A DNA stretch of 34,536 nucleotides from Chiloscyllium plagiosum (taxonomy: Eukaryota): assembly GCF_004010195.1 (NCBI RefSeq), contig NC_057719.1, positions 4,017,902 to 4,052,437 of the forward strand, in the 5' to 3' direction. The notes beneath the pieces are model-generated. The model worked only from the letters and a program-made list of their open reading frames with translations, searched no databases and was not told the origin of the DNA. Shown piece by piece: positions 21,601 through 32,783 of this stretch. The stretch's first letter is position 1. The number at the start of each line of letters is the position of its first letter. The translations under genes and the position numbers were made by a program.

Positions 21601-23845
21601 CTCTCGCGCTCTCTCCGTCTCGCGCTCTCGCGCTCTCTCCGTCTCGCGCTCTCGCGCTCTCTCCGTCTCGCGCTCTCGCGCTCTCTCCGTCTCGCGCTCT
21701 CGCGCTCTCTCCGTCTCGCGCTCTCGCGCTCTCTCCGTCTCGCGCTCTCGCGCTCTCTCCGTCTCGCGCTCTCGCGCTCTCTCCGTCTCGCGCTCTCGCG
21801 CTCTCTCCGTCTCGCGCTCTCGCGCTCTCTCCGTCTCGCGCTCTCGCGCTCTCTCCGTCTCGCGCTCTCGCGCTCTCTCCGTCTCGCGCTCTCGCGCTCT
21901 CTCCGTCTCGCGCTCTCGCGCTCTCTCCGTCTCGCGCTCTCGCGCTCTCTCCGTCTCGCGCTCTCGCGCTCTCTCCGTCTCGCGCTCTCGCGCTCTCTCC
22001 GTCTCGCGCTCTCGCGCTCTCTCCGTCTCGCGCTCTCGCGCTCTCTCCGTCTCGCGCTCTCGCGCTCTCTCCGTCTCGCGCTCTCGCGCTCTCTCCGTCT
22101 CGCGCTCTCGCGCTCTCTCCGTCTCGCGCTCTCGCGCTCTCTCCGTCTCGCGCTCTCGCGCTCTCTCCGTCTCGCGCTCTCGCGCTCTCTCCGTCTCGCG
22201 CTCTCGCGCTCTCTCCGTCTCGCGCTCTCGCGCTCTCTCCGTCTCGCGCTCTCGCGCTCTCTCCGTCTCGCGCTCTCGCGCTCTCTCCGTCTCGCGCTCT
22301 CGCGCTCTCTCCGTCTCGCGCTCTCGCGCTCTCTCCGTCTCGCGCTCTCGCGCTCTCTCCGTCTCGCGCTCTCGCGCTCTCTCCGTCTCGCGCTCTCGCG
22401 CTCTCTCCGTCTCGCGCTCTCGCGCTCTCTCCGTCTCGCGCTCTCGCGCTCTCTCCGTCTCGCGCTCTCGCGCTCTCTCCGTCTCGCGCTCTCGCGCTCT
22501 CTCCGTCTCGCGCTCTCGCGCTCTCTCCGTCTCGCGCTCTCGCGCTCTCTCCGTCTCGCGCTCTCGCGCTCTCTCCGTCTCGCGCTCTCGCGCTCTCTCC
22601 GTCTCGCGCTCTCGCGCTCTCTCCGTCTCGCGCTCTCGCGCTCTCTCCGTCTCGCGCTCTCGCGCTCTCTCCGTCTCGCGCTCTCGCGCTCTCTCCGTCT
22701 CGCGCTCTCGCGCTCTCTCCGTCTCGCGCTCTCGCGCTCTCTCCGTCTCGCGCTCTCGCGCTCTCTCCGTCTCGCGCTCTCGCGCTCTCTCCGTCTCGCG
22801 CTCTCGCGCTCTCTCCGTCTCGCGCTCTCGCGCTCTCTCCGTCTCGCGCTCTCGCGCTCTCTCCGTCTCGCGCTCTCGCGCTCTCTCCGTCTCGCGCTCT
22901 CGCGCTCTCTCCGTCTCGCGCTCTCGCGCTCTCTCCGTCTCGCGCTCTCGCGCTCTCTCCGTCTCGCGCTCTCGCGCTCTCTCCGTCTCGCGCTCTCGCG
23001 CTCTCTCCGTCTCGCGCTCTCGCGCTCTCTCCGTCTCGCGCTCTCGCGCTCTCTCCGTCTCGCGCTCTCGCGCTCTCTCCGTCTCGCGCTCTCGCGCTCT
23101 CTCCGTCTCGCGCTCTCGCGCTCTCTCCGTCTCGCGCTCTCGCGCTCTCTCCGTCTCGCGCTCTCGCGCTCTCTCCGTCTCGCGCTCTCGCGCTCTCTCC
23201 GTCTCGCGCTCTCGCGCTCTCTCCGTCTCGCGCTCTCGCGCTCTCTCCGTCTCGCGCTCTCGCGCTCTCTCCGTCTCGCGCTCTCGCGCTCTCTCCGTCT
23301 CGCGCTCTCGCGCTCTCTCCGTCTCGCGCTCTCGCGCTCTCTCCGTCTCGCGCTCTCGCGCTCTCTCCGTCTCGCGCTCTCGCGCTCTCTCCGTCTCGCG
23401 CTCTCGCGCTCTCTCCGTCTCGCGCTCTCGCGCTCTCTCCGTCTCGCGCTCTCGCGCTCTCTCCGTCTCGCGCTCTCGCGCTCTCTCCGTCTCGCGCTCT
23501 CGCGCTCTCTCCGTCTCGCGCTCTCGCGCTCTCTCCGTCTCGCGCTCTCGCGCTCTCTCCGTCTCGCGCTCTCTCCGTCTCGCGCTCTCGCGCTCTCTCG
23601 CGCTCTCTCTCTAAGAAATACTCAACATTTCTATTTCACCTACCAAATTGGATAACTTCACATACCTACATTATAATCTGTATTTTTCCCACTCAGCCTG
23701 TCCAATCTCTCAACACCTCTTTGCATCTTCCTCATATCACTCATTCCCACCTACCTTTGTGCCATCCACTAACTTGAAGTATTAAATTTTGTCACCTCCA
23801 TGTTATTGATATAGATTGTGAATGGCTGGTGTCCAAACACTGATA
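18650..23845 (-). mobile_element. Old CR1 LINE split by the minisatellite (18650-19245 and 23613-23845)
   Basis: ORF fragment FFIHKVVNLWYSLPQ...DIKEYG on the left. AAGAAATACTC...CTACCAAATTGGATAACTTCACAT...GATATAGATTGTGAAT on the right continues the RT region colinearly. Confidence 0.8.
19247..23612. repeat. CpG-rich minisatellite (CTCCGTCTCGCGCTCTCGCGCTCT) x175 with (CG)2(CT)n flanks
   Basis: 24-bp period from 19357 to 23556 with no variant seen (the supplied translations are uniformly periodic); then a 16-mer (23557-23572) and one more unit. No A between 19238 and 23612. Confidence 0.99.
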
Positions 23846-23854
23846 TAAATCATA

Positions 23855-23955
23855 AACCAAAAGTTCTGAAGATGGGTCACTGGACCCTCTAATTTCTCTT
23901 CACAGATGCTGTCAGACCTGCCCAGCTTTTCCAGCAACCTCCGTTTTTGATCCTG
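23855..23955 (+). mobile_element. Decayed Penelope-like terminal repeat with broken hammerhead
   Basis: CTGAAGA-T-GGGTC-ACTG-GACCC (23866-23887) with GAAAC deleted, followed by CACAGATGCTGTCAGACCTGC...TTTTCCAGCA. Confidence 0.65.
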
Positions 23956-24027
23956 ATACAAATCATAACCTACCACCCTGAGAATGATCTGCTTGTAGAA
24001 CTACACAGATTAGAAACATTCTCTTCG

Positions 24028-24940
24028 AGGCGACATGGTGGCTCAGTGCTGTCTCACAACACCAGGAACCCAGGTTCGATTCCACCCTTCAACTGTCTGT
24101 GTGGAATTTGCACGCTCTTCCTTTTTCTGTGTGGATTTCTTCCAGGTGCTCTGGTTTTTTCCCAGTTACCAAAAATGTGCAGATTAGGCAGATTTGTAAG
24201 TTAAAAGATTAAATGGGAATATCTCTGGAAATTAATGGAATAGTAAAGGGTTAAATTGCACTATCTTTGGGTGGGGACAGCAGTTAAGCAAAAATGCGAA
24301 TCACCCACATCCCAATTAGACAGTCATTTACTACTACTCTCCATTGCTATTGTCAAGTTAAACTATTGTTCAAAATGCTTTCTGGCCAGAGATAGGTCAC
24401 TCCTGCATTATCTTGCGGAATCGGTCAGGCAATCGTCTGCATAACGACTCCCCAGGATTTGGGCACTATCTCTGAGGATGACCTTATCCTGTCATTGTAC
24501 CTGGGGTAACATGTGACTGAGGGTAACTGGGGATTGTATTGAGCGGCATGTGACTGTGGGGGAATGGCCAGACTATCTGTAAGCATGGCCAACTGGCTCG
24601 TATAAAGGGGATGTGTTTTCTTTGTTCAGGGCCTCACTTTGACTCAAAAATGGCTGCAAAGGGAGTCACCTAGCTTGTACAAGCTTTAATAAACTTCACT
24701 TGTTTGCAGAAGTTGGTATGTATGAATTGCATCTCGTGTGCAAAACCTCAGGAAAAGAAGCTAACGGATTGGCCATGTTACATTGCTCATAGTGTCCTGG
24801 GATGTGTAGGCTCGGTGGGTTAGCCATGGGAAATGCAGGGCGACAGGGATAGGATAGGGGAGTGGATCGAGGTGGGATGCTGTTCAGAGAGTTGTTGTGG
24901 ACTTGTTGGGCCAAAATGCCTGCTTTCTCACTGCATGGAT
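24028..24940 (+). mobile_element. Decayed HE1-like SINE split by an LTR (24028-24194 and 24767-24940)
   Basis: GGTGGCTCAGTG...GGTTCGATTCC...ATGTGCAGATTAGGCAGATT | GATTGGCCATG...GTGGACTTGTTGGGCCAAAATGCCTG. Confidence 0.85.
24195..24766 (+). mobile_element. Solo LTR (572 bp) with 4-bp TSD GATT
   Basis: Ends TGTAAG...CTAACG; GATT at 24191-24194 and 24767-24770; TATAAA at 24601, AATAAA at 24688; cleanly interrupts a SINE. Confidence 0.85.
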
Positions 24941-24944
24941 TCTC

Positions 24945-25075
24945 TGAACTCATCCATGCTGACCAGGTTTCCCAAACTGAATTTGTCCCATTTTGCCTGC
25001 ATTTGTCCCATATCCCTCTAAACCTGTACTATCCATGTACCGGTCCAAATAGCTTTTAAATGGTGTAATTGTTAC
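24945..25075 (-). mobile_element. CR1 3' tail fragment
   Basis: CATCCATGCTGACCAG...CCCATATCCCTCTAAACC...CTTTTAAATG is similar to 25420-25540. Confidence 0.75.
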
Positions 25076-25374
25076 CCCCATTCCATGTGTTCCAAGTTTG
25101 TTTTTGAGTTTGTGGGACTTTACTGAAAGTCGCCTGCAAATACAAATACATTACCTCTGTGATTTTCCCTCATTGGTTCTGCTGGTTTATAAAACATAAA
25201 TTTCTGAAAGGGTAATAATGTAGACTTTGCACAATCTGAATCACAATATTGTTTGTATGCAGGAGAAGACCCTTTGGCCTATCCATGTCTGCTCTGGCTT
25301 TCTGAATGAGCATCTCATATACTTCCAGTCCCCTGCTTCTTTGAATAAACCTGTACATTTTTTCCTTTTTCAAA

Positions 25375-26466
25375 TAGTCATAGGGATGTACAACATGGAA
25401 ACAGACCCTTTGGTCCAACCAGTCCATGCTGACCAGATATCCCAACCCAATCTATTCCCACCTGCCAGCACCCGGTCCATATCCCTCCAAACACTTCTTA
25501 TTCATATACCCACCCAAATGCCTTTTAAATGTTGCAATTGTACCAGCCTCCACCACTTCCTCTGGCAGCTCATTCCATACACACACCAACCTCTGTGTGA
25601 AAAAGTTGCCTCTTGGGTCTCTTTTATATCTTTCCCCTTTCACCCTAAACCTACGCCCTGTAGTTCTGGACTCCCTGACCCCAGGGAAAAGACTTTGCCT
25701 ATTTACTCTATCCATGCCCCTCATGATTTTGTAATCCTCTATAAGGTCACCCCTCAGACTCTGACGCTCCAGGGAAAACAGCCCCAGCCTGTTCAGCCTC
25801 TCCCTGTAGCTCAGATCCTCCAACCCTGGCAACATCTTTGTAAATCTTTTCTGAACCCTTTCAAGTTTCACAACATGTTTCCAATAGGAAGGAGACCAGA
25901 ATTGCATACAATATTCCAACAGTGGCCTAACCAATGTCCTGTATAGCCACAGCATGACCTCCCAACTCCTGTACTCAATACTCTGACCAATAAAAGAAAA
26001 CATATCAAACGCCTTCTTCACTGTCCTATCTACGTGCAACTCCACTTTCAAGGAGCTCTGAACCTGCACTCCAAGATCTTTGTTCAGCAACTCTCCCTAG
26101 GACCTTGCCATTAAGTGGATAGGTCCTGCTAAGATTTGCTTTCCCAAAATGCAGCACCTCGTATTTATCGAAATTAAACTCCATCTGCCACTTCAGCCCA
26201 TTGGCCCATCTGGTCCAGATCCCGTTGTAATCTGAGGTAACCTCTCCCTAGGACCTTGCCATTAAGTGGATAGGTCCTGCTAAGATTTGCTTTCCCAAAA
26301 TGCAGCACCTCATATTTATCGAAATTAAACTCCATCTGCCACTTCAGCCATTGGCCCATCTGGTCCAGATCCCGTTGTAATCTGAGGTAACCTCCTTCGC
26401 TGTCCACTACACCTCCAATTTTGGTGTCATCTGTAAACCTACTAACTGTACCTCTTATGTTCACAT
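25375..26466 (-). mobile_element. 5'-truncated CR1 (HER1-like) LINE with internal ~151-bp tandem duplication
   Basis: 212-aa ORF2 C-terminal ORF 25452-26090; VSRFTDDTKIGG (RT catalytic-motif variant) at ~26420-26450. Confidence 0.97.
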
Positions 26467-26494
26467 AATTTACATTGTAACTTACATAAATTAT

Positions 26495-26940
26495 TTTAAT
26501 GTAAATGTCATTTGATTCCCTTTTGAATGCTTTAATTGAAACTGCCTCCACATGCTGTCAGAGTGCATTCCAGACTGCCACCACTTGCTGCATGAGAAAA
26601 TCTTCCCACTTGATGCCTTTTTGCTTTTATCAGTAATTTTATCTGTTACATTCTCATTCTCAATCTCTTCGAGTGGGAGCATCTTCTCCCTGTTCATTCT
26701 GTTAAGATCTTGTGATTTAAATGCTTCAATCAGATTTTCTCTTTGCATGCTCTTCTCAAAGGAAATTAAGCCCAACTTCAGTTTTCCTTCTTGACAATTC
26801 TGATAAAACCCTTTGTCCTCTTTCCAATACCTTTACTCCTTTCCTAAAGTGTTCCCAGAACTGAATGCAACACTAACTTGAAGTCTGCCATCTTTATATA
26901 AACTCAATGTAATCTCCTTGATCTTGTACTAAGTGTCCAT
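26495..26940 (-). mobile_element. Old decayed CR1 3' fragment
   Basis: ORF fragments RENLIEAFK...REKMLPL and AVSIKAFKRE. Confidence 0.7.
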
Positions 26941-27699
26941 AGATTATAATAACATGACATCTGTACTCGGAAAAATCCTGGAATCTAACAGGTCCGTAGT
27001 TCCCTCTTCTATTTCACTACCTTTCTGAACTTGTGGGGTTATGTTTACAAACATTTAATGCATTCCAGAATTTATAGAAGAAAAAATGATCACCAATACC
27101 TTCCACTATCTATAACTACCTCTTTGAATATTTGGGATGTAGATAACTGAATCACAAAGATTTAGCAACTTTCAGCCTTGTTCTTTCTGTAGTATGACTT
27201 TTTAAACAAAGCAGTCAGCTCCCTTGATCCACCCTATCTGGAACAAATGTTGTGCTGAAGAATGTACATAATGAGTATGTGGGATCTTTATTGGTTTATC
27301 AATTTTGGGATAGAGCAGAGGGTGATATTTTGAAGAACCCACGTTCTAGTTGAATTGCAGCAGACAAAGTTTGGGAGTTTTTAGAAATAATTTAACTTGA
27401 GCTAGTCTCACACATTTCATAAACCCAACAGCATCCTTGTCAGCTTTAAAGTAATTCTCAATATTCCATTCACCTAACTCTCCACATGCACAGGAATATT
27501 CAACCCCTTGAACATGCTGCCCCATTTGAGTAAATCACTGTTGATCTGTATTTCTCTCTTCATTCAATGGTTGTGGCCAAGGCCTAGATTCTTAACTCTC
27601 GAGCAGGTTAAGTTGTTTTCTTTGAAGACTGCAATCCTTTTGTTGAACTATGATTGGTTCACTAGAGCAGTTTCAAAGGGACATAATCAGCCATATTTT

Positions 27700-27940
27700 T
27701 ATGGCATATCAACTAGATATCTGTCCAGGTATTTGGACAGAATCTTTCCTTGTCTGGAGGGAATTATTGCATTTTCATGTTAATTCAATAACTTAATAGC
27801 CAGGATATTGATATTAGCTCTTAATTCCAGATTTTTAAAATGATTAACTAAATTTATATTTGGAAATCACCATGGTGAAATTTGAGTTACAGACTTTGGG
27901 ATATTGTTAGTCTAGAAGCACAAGCACTATATCTACCATT
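27700..27940 (-). mobile_element. Highly decayed SINE family 2 copy
   Basis: CTTAATTCCAGAT...CACCATGGTGAAATTTGAG resembles the reverse complement of 1630-1690. Confidence 0.5.
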
Positions 27941-28249
27941 TTTATGTCGTCGTCTTTTATTTTGGATTCTGTACACCTCAACACCCTTAGATAGTAACCT
28001 GTGAATCTCAGTTTTGAGATTTGCAATTGGCTTAGAGTCTAACCTTTGTGTGAAGAAATGATATCACCATTGAATATCCCGTCTCTTAATTTGAATATCA
28101 TACGCTTGCTCTCTTTTCCTCGCTCGCTTTTCTTGCTTGCTCTATCTCGCTTTGTCAACTTCCTGTCAGGCTTTCTGTTGTTTTTCAGAAAATAAATTTC
28201 TGCCTTGCACTCCATGCTTCTTGCACTGCAAATCTGTAAAGACCTCGTT

Positions 28250-28650
28250 ACTTGGATGCGGAAAAGATTTGCAAGGATGTTATTGGGAGAGGGTCTGAGT
28301 TATAAAGAGAAGCTGGGACATATTTCACTGGAACATGGGAGTTGAGGGTTGACCTTTGTAGAGGTTTATAAAATCATGAGGGGCATTGTCAAGGTGAACA
28401 GCCAAGGTCTTTTTCTCGAGGGTAGAGGAGTTCAAAACTTAGAAGGTAGAGGGGAAAGATTTTAAAAGGGAACTGAGGGGCAGGTATGTATGGAATGAAC
28501 TGCCAGAGGAAATGGTAGATACAGGTACAATTGCAACGTTTAAATGACATTTGAACAGGTACATGAAAGGTTCAGAGGGATAGGGGCCAAATGTGAGCAA
28601 ATGGGTGTAGTTTGAGAAAAAAAGTCAGCGTACTATGACTGACTCTATCT
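28250..28650 (+). mobile_element. Decayed 5'-truncated CR1
   Basis: GAAAAGATTTGCAAGGATGTT...AGAGGTTTATAAAATCATGAGGGGCAT...TGGAATGAACTGCCAGAGGA...ACTATGACTGACTCTAT. Confidence 0.88.
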
Positions 28651-29865
28651 ACTTTGTGCTGCGTCGCTGTTACCTTATCAATTGAATAGTCAAAGCAGAA
28701 TCTGAGGTTGAGGGAAAAAATGTGTACATGTTAGATGTACTCTGCTTTAACTAAAATCAGATTTTTATATTTTGTTTTCTTTGTCCCATTATAGTTGACC
28801 CAGTAAGTTCTTCATAAAAACACATGACTGGAATTTTAAAAACTGTTAAGTGGTGACTTAATGAGAAATTATTTTTATCAACTATCTCTGACTTATTTAA
28901 TTCCATCTGTTGCTTGCTATCCTCTCACTTTTAGAAGTCCTCACTATCTTTGTCCAACTGGATGTCCTGCTCTGAAACTTTTAAAAGGTTGCTCTAAAGG
29001 TGTGCTGCCTGGGATGACCCCAGTATTGGCTCCTATTTGAGACCAGGTACTCCACCTGAGTTATAAATACCTTTCAGCATCTTGTTTAAAAAACATCTGC
29101 TAAATATTTTGTGTTTAGCTCATGTTTTTGAGTATAAATATAATACAAAGATCCTGGTTGAAGAAGAGGAAAGAATAGTTCAGATTGAAAGTCCTCTTCA
29201 ATAATTGGAATTGAATAAAGAAGTCTGCATATCTAAGTTGAAGATAATGATTCTGTTGATAATGTTTTGCAAATGCTATGAAATGGAATTAATTATTCTG
29301 TTGCCATTATATTTGGTTTATATGCAATGTTAAAAATACAGCTCAATAAAACCATAATAAACCAGTTTTTGCTTGTCTGTTGACCGGTTATATTTAACAC
29401 AACTATTTTGCTGTATTTACATTAAAAATAATTTTTGATCATGAACCGCATCATCTCTTCAACTCTGTGATGCAAGGGAGATATGGTTCACTTCAATCTT
29501 GCAGACATTGTGCACATATACTTTAAGCAATGCCATCTTTTCCAACTGTAGCTGAGATTGGACACAAATTGTACTTCCTGAAAACCTGAAGTAGGTGAAC
29601 AAATCAGTCCTTTGCAGTCTTTCACTTTTACATTACAGTAAACTTTGTTTTAATTGGCACTCTTGATAAACCAAAAAAATGTACCTATAATGTGGTGATC
29701 GACCACAATGTTAAAAGTATTTATGCTGTAAATAAAGTATAACAGTGATGTGTTTACCCCCTGCATTACATTTATATTAGTTAGATTTTAGGAGGTGTGT
29801 GATGTTTTCAGAGGTTTTTTTTGAGGGATTTCAACTTTCACTTGGTCAGGGTTTACTGCTGTCAT

Positions 29866-29948
29866 ACGTACCTCTTGATTATCCAGAAAATTTGATCAAC
29901 CGGCGCACTCCTGGTCCCGTAGGTGCCGGTTAATAAAACGTTTGCTGT
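29866..29948. mobile_element. Possible small Tigger/pogo-like MITE remnant
   Basis: Local CpG enrichment; ACCGGCGC...GTGCCGGT inverted motif; end GGTTAATAAAACGTTTGCTG resembles a Tigger-type TIR (from recall only). Confidence 0.35.
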
Positions 29949-31379
29949 GTTTAAACATATTGTTAATTCTTGGACATTTTTGCATATTTATAGTTAGCAT
30001 CATGCTGCCTAATTAAGCAGCAGGATGTCTTGCACTGTGAATGTTGTTGGCATTGATGCAGCCACTCTTAAGTATTCGGAGTGTGTGTTTGTATGAATGT
30101 TCTGCATGATCCTACATTACTGTCCAAAGATTTCAAAGAAGCTATTGTTACTTACGATAGCAGAAGCTTGCAGCTAATTAGTGGCTCATTGCTGAGAAGA
30201 GTGTGCTTAGAATTGAAAGGTGGGAATTGGTAGAACGCTGAAAGTCAAAGTCACTGGGGGTCAGTCTGCCGCCATATTTGTTTCTGAGGAGAGAGCAGCT
30301 GTCTTGAGGCTTTTATTTCCCCCTCCACCCACCCCTTGTTTTTCTTTCTCTCTTGCCATTCTGCTGCAAGTTCGTGCTCTTGTTTAACGCAAGTCTGCAT
30401 TTAAGATTTACTCAGCGCTGTTGGCTATCTGTTTTAAAGCAAGGGGTACAGTGAAGTGGTGGAGGTAGCTAGGAGAGAGTTGTGCGAATTATGATGTCCG
30501 CATAATTGTCTTGAATTCCTAAGCTCCTAGAGTGAAGCATATTCAGTATATCTACTTTGTCTGTGGTGAGTAGTCTGCTCCTAATTCCATGGAATTTTTT
30601 AAACATTTTTTAAAAAAATCCTCCTTGGCTAAATTCTTTGCCCTTGGCTGCGTGACTGCCGGTGCCGGAATCTACGACAAAACTGAAAAGGTCACGTTCA
30701 TTGCTGCAGTAACCATTCACTGTTCTCCATTGTTTGGCATCCACACGGGAAGCTGCAGCTGCCTTTGGCCTTCAGAATATGAGAGATGGCCGTTTGCAGG
30801 AGAAATGCTTTGTTCCAGTAGGTGCTGTGCACTATTAACATGTTAATGCAGGTTACGCTTGCTGTTTTCTCTACTTGAACTTGACATAGTCTGTGTTATG
30901 TTGTCTCTCTGGCTAGAAGCTATCTTTTATGTTGAGGCCTATATTATTCAGCTTTTTTGTTTGTGGTGCTTTTTAAAATTGTTTTTAATAGTCTGCAAAG
31001 AAAAGCCATGATATTTGTCTTAGAATTGAGACACTTTCAATAAAATACTGTGACTCTGGATGGGGTAGTGTTCTTATCTGTTTCTGGGAAAGCCTGAATG
31101 AGGCAGTATTCTTGTGTGTTTCTGGGAAAAGATGAAATACCTGAAGCAAAAATTGAGCTTCAGGTACCTTTCCACTTGTGCCACTCTAACCTTTTATGTG
31201 TAGCATGGAAGTATACACGATGTGGATGTTTTGGATACAATAGTAGTCCATTCTCCACTTTCTCATAAAGGACATTTTTTTCAGAATCTATGTTTACTAG
31301 ATTTTATATTCTGTTCAATGGATAATCCATAGTGATTCCAGCAAAACATTTTGACAAAACTAAGTTCATGAACAGATAG

Positions 31380-31530
31380 ATATAGAATCAGTGTGGAAGC
31401 AGGCCATTCAGTCCATTGAGTCCATACCAACCCTCCAAAGTACATCACATCCAGGCACCCCCCTCCCCACCCTATCCCTGTAACTCTGCATTTCCCATGG
31501 CCAGTCCACCTAACCTGTACATCTTTGGGT
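31380..31530 (-). mobile_element. 3' half of HE1-like SINE
   Basis: CAGTGTGGAAGCAGGCCATTCAG...CCACCTAACCTGTACATCTTTGG is the reverse complement of the SINE 3' half. Confidence 0.8.
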
Positions 31531-31940
31531 ATTTTGGGTATGTTTTTGCTGTAAATGGTGCATAAATAAGAAAATTAAATTATTCTGCAGTAAATTTGAA
31601 GATTACAAATGGAAATGCATATTACAATGCAAAAATACCCATAAACTGAAACTTCCCGGATAGTCTTGTGCTAATATGTAACATGGTGTCAGTGGAATGT
31701 TTCTGGCAATGAGCAAAGAATCTGTTTCTCAATGGTTGGATTTAGCAGATTTGGTGACATAATATTGATGTTAGTCCAGCTGCGTGAGATCTAAGTTTCA
31801 GAAACAAATGAGAGTGCAAGCACTGTTAAGTCTTGTATCAAAGGATTGTCAATTCCAGCTCCTGTGGGACCAGATCCATAATGCAAAATTGTCTCTGGGT
31901 TCACACTAGAATGAGTTGGTCACAAGGTGGTCCATTATAT

Positions 31941-32042
31941 AAGGTCATTGGTCACTAATTCAGTGGATACATTTTCTGTTCAGTCAGCTTTTAGCTGACT
32001 AAACAGAAAATGTTCCCCACTAAATTAGTGACCAATGACCTT
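31941..32042. repeat. Near-perfect ~50-bp inverted repeat (hairpin)
   Basis: Arms 31941-31989 and 31993-32042, loop TTT; two C/A mismatches and one small internal loop. Confidence 0.92.
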
Positions 32043-32057
32043 TCAACTGACGAGGTC

Positions 32058-32250
32058 CCAGACTCTGAAATGCCCTCCTTGTGCTTCTGCACTTCTTTCC
32101 TTTTTAAGATGCTTCTTAAAAAAAGTAGATCTTTAACCAAGCTTTTGGTCATCTGGCTAAATATTTTGTTTTGTGTATGGTGTCAAATTTTCTTTGATCC
32201 TGCAATGAAGCACCTTGGAATGTTTTACTATGTTAAAGGATGCAAATTAT
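32058..32250 (+). mobile_element. L2-type LINE 3' end, decayed
   Basis: TTTAAGATGCTTCTTAAAA...CTTTAACCAAGCTTTTGG...TGAAGCACCTTGGAATGTTTTACTATGTTAAAGG, a typical L2 tail (from recall). Confidence 0.65.
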
Positions 32251-32783
32251 TGGTGTAGGTGAGGTAGAGTGAGACTGGCAGAGTTGGTACAAAATAAATG
32301 GAGCTAAATTTCACATCCAATTGCTGTCCGTAGTTTCAAGGATGTTTTGAGGTTGCTATTGGCTCTTGGGGATCATGTGAGTTCTGTCAACGTTTCCAGC
32401 ACATTCAACTTGTGGATAAAAAAAATTTTTAAAAACAGTTTCCAAATTTAGATTTATTAAAATTAGAAATTTCAGCTCATGAATGGTTTGGTTGATTATC
32501 ACTGTTTTAATAGAAAACCTGGAACTAATCTCATTACCATTTATTAATTGAATCATCTTGAACAGCTGAATGATCAACTAATCAGGTATACCCTTAACAT
32601 TTTCTTTTATGCTTATCTACATTCGGTCAAGGATTGTCATTGATTGGGTCAGCATAAATTGGTTGGAAATATGTTCTTGTAACAAACATTTCAGCATAAA
32701 GGTGGAAGAGGAAGAATATTGTATTTTTTTTCAAATTCTTGCATTTCCTGCAAACAGAAGCTTAGTGCTAAAACTTAGTTGAA

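Noticed and set aside
19357..23556. CRISPR-like array
   Set aside because: No spacers, contiguous identical units, eukaryotic context, no cas genes.
19357..23556. Array of BANP/ZBTB33 motif TCTCGCGAGA
   Set aside because: The unit contains only TCTCGCGCTC (7/10); the palindromic half is absent.
19106..23777. 1502-aa and 1530-aa ORFs as protein-coding genes (SR-like)
   Set aside because: Open only because the repeat lacks A; no synonymous variation; starts lie in antisense decayed CR1.
25227..25946. 239-aa plus-strand ORF
   Set aside because: Antisense shadow of CR1 ORF2.
25452..26090. 212-aa ORF as a functional or domesticated RT gene
   Set aside because: C-terminal CR1 fragment only; upstream frameshifts and duplication; catalytic region truncated.
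30589..30846. 85-aa ORF as a host gene exon
   Set aside because: No recognisable domain and no supporting splice structure; length compatible with chance.
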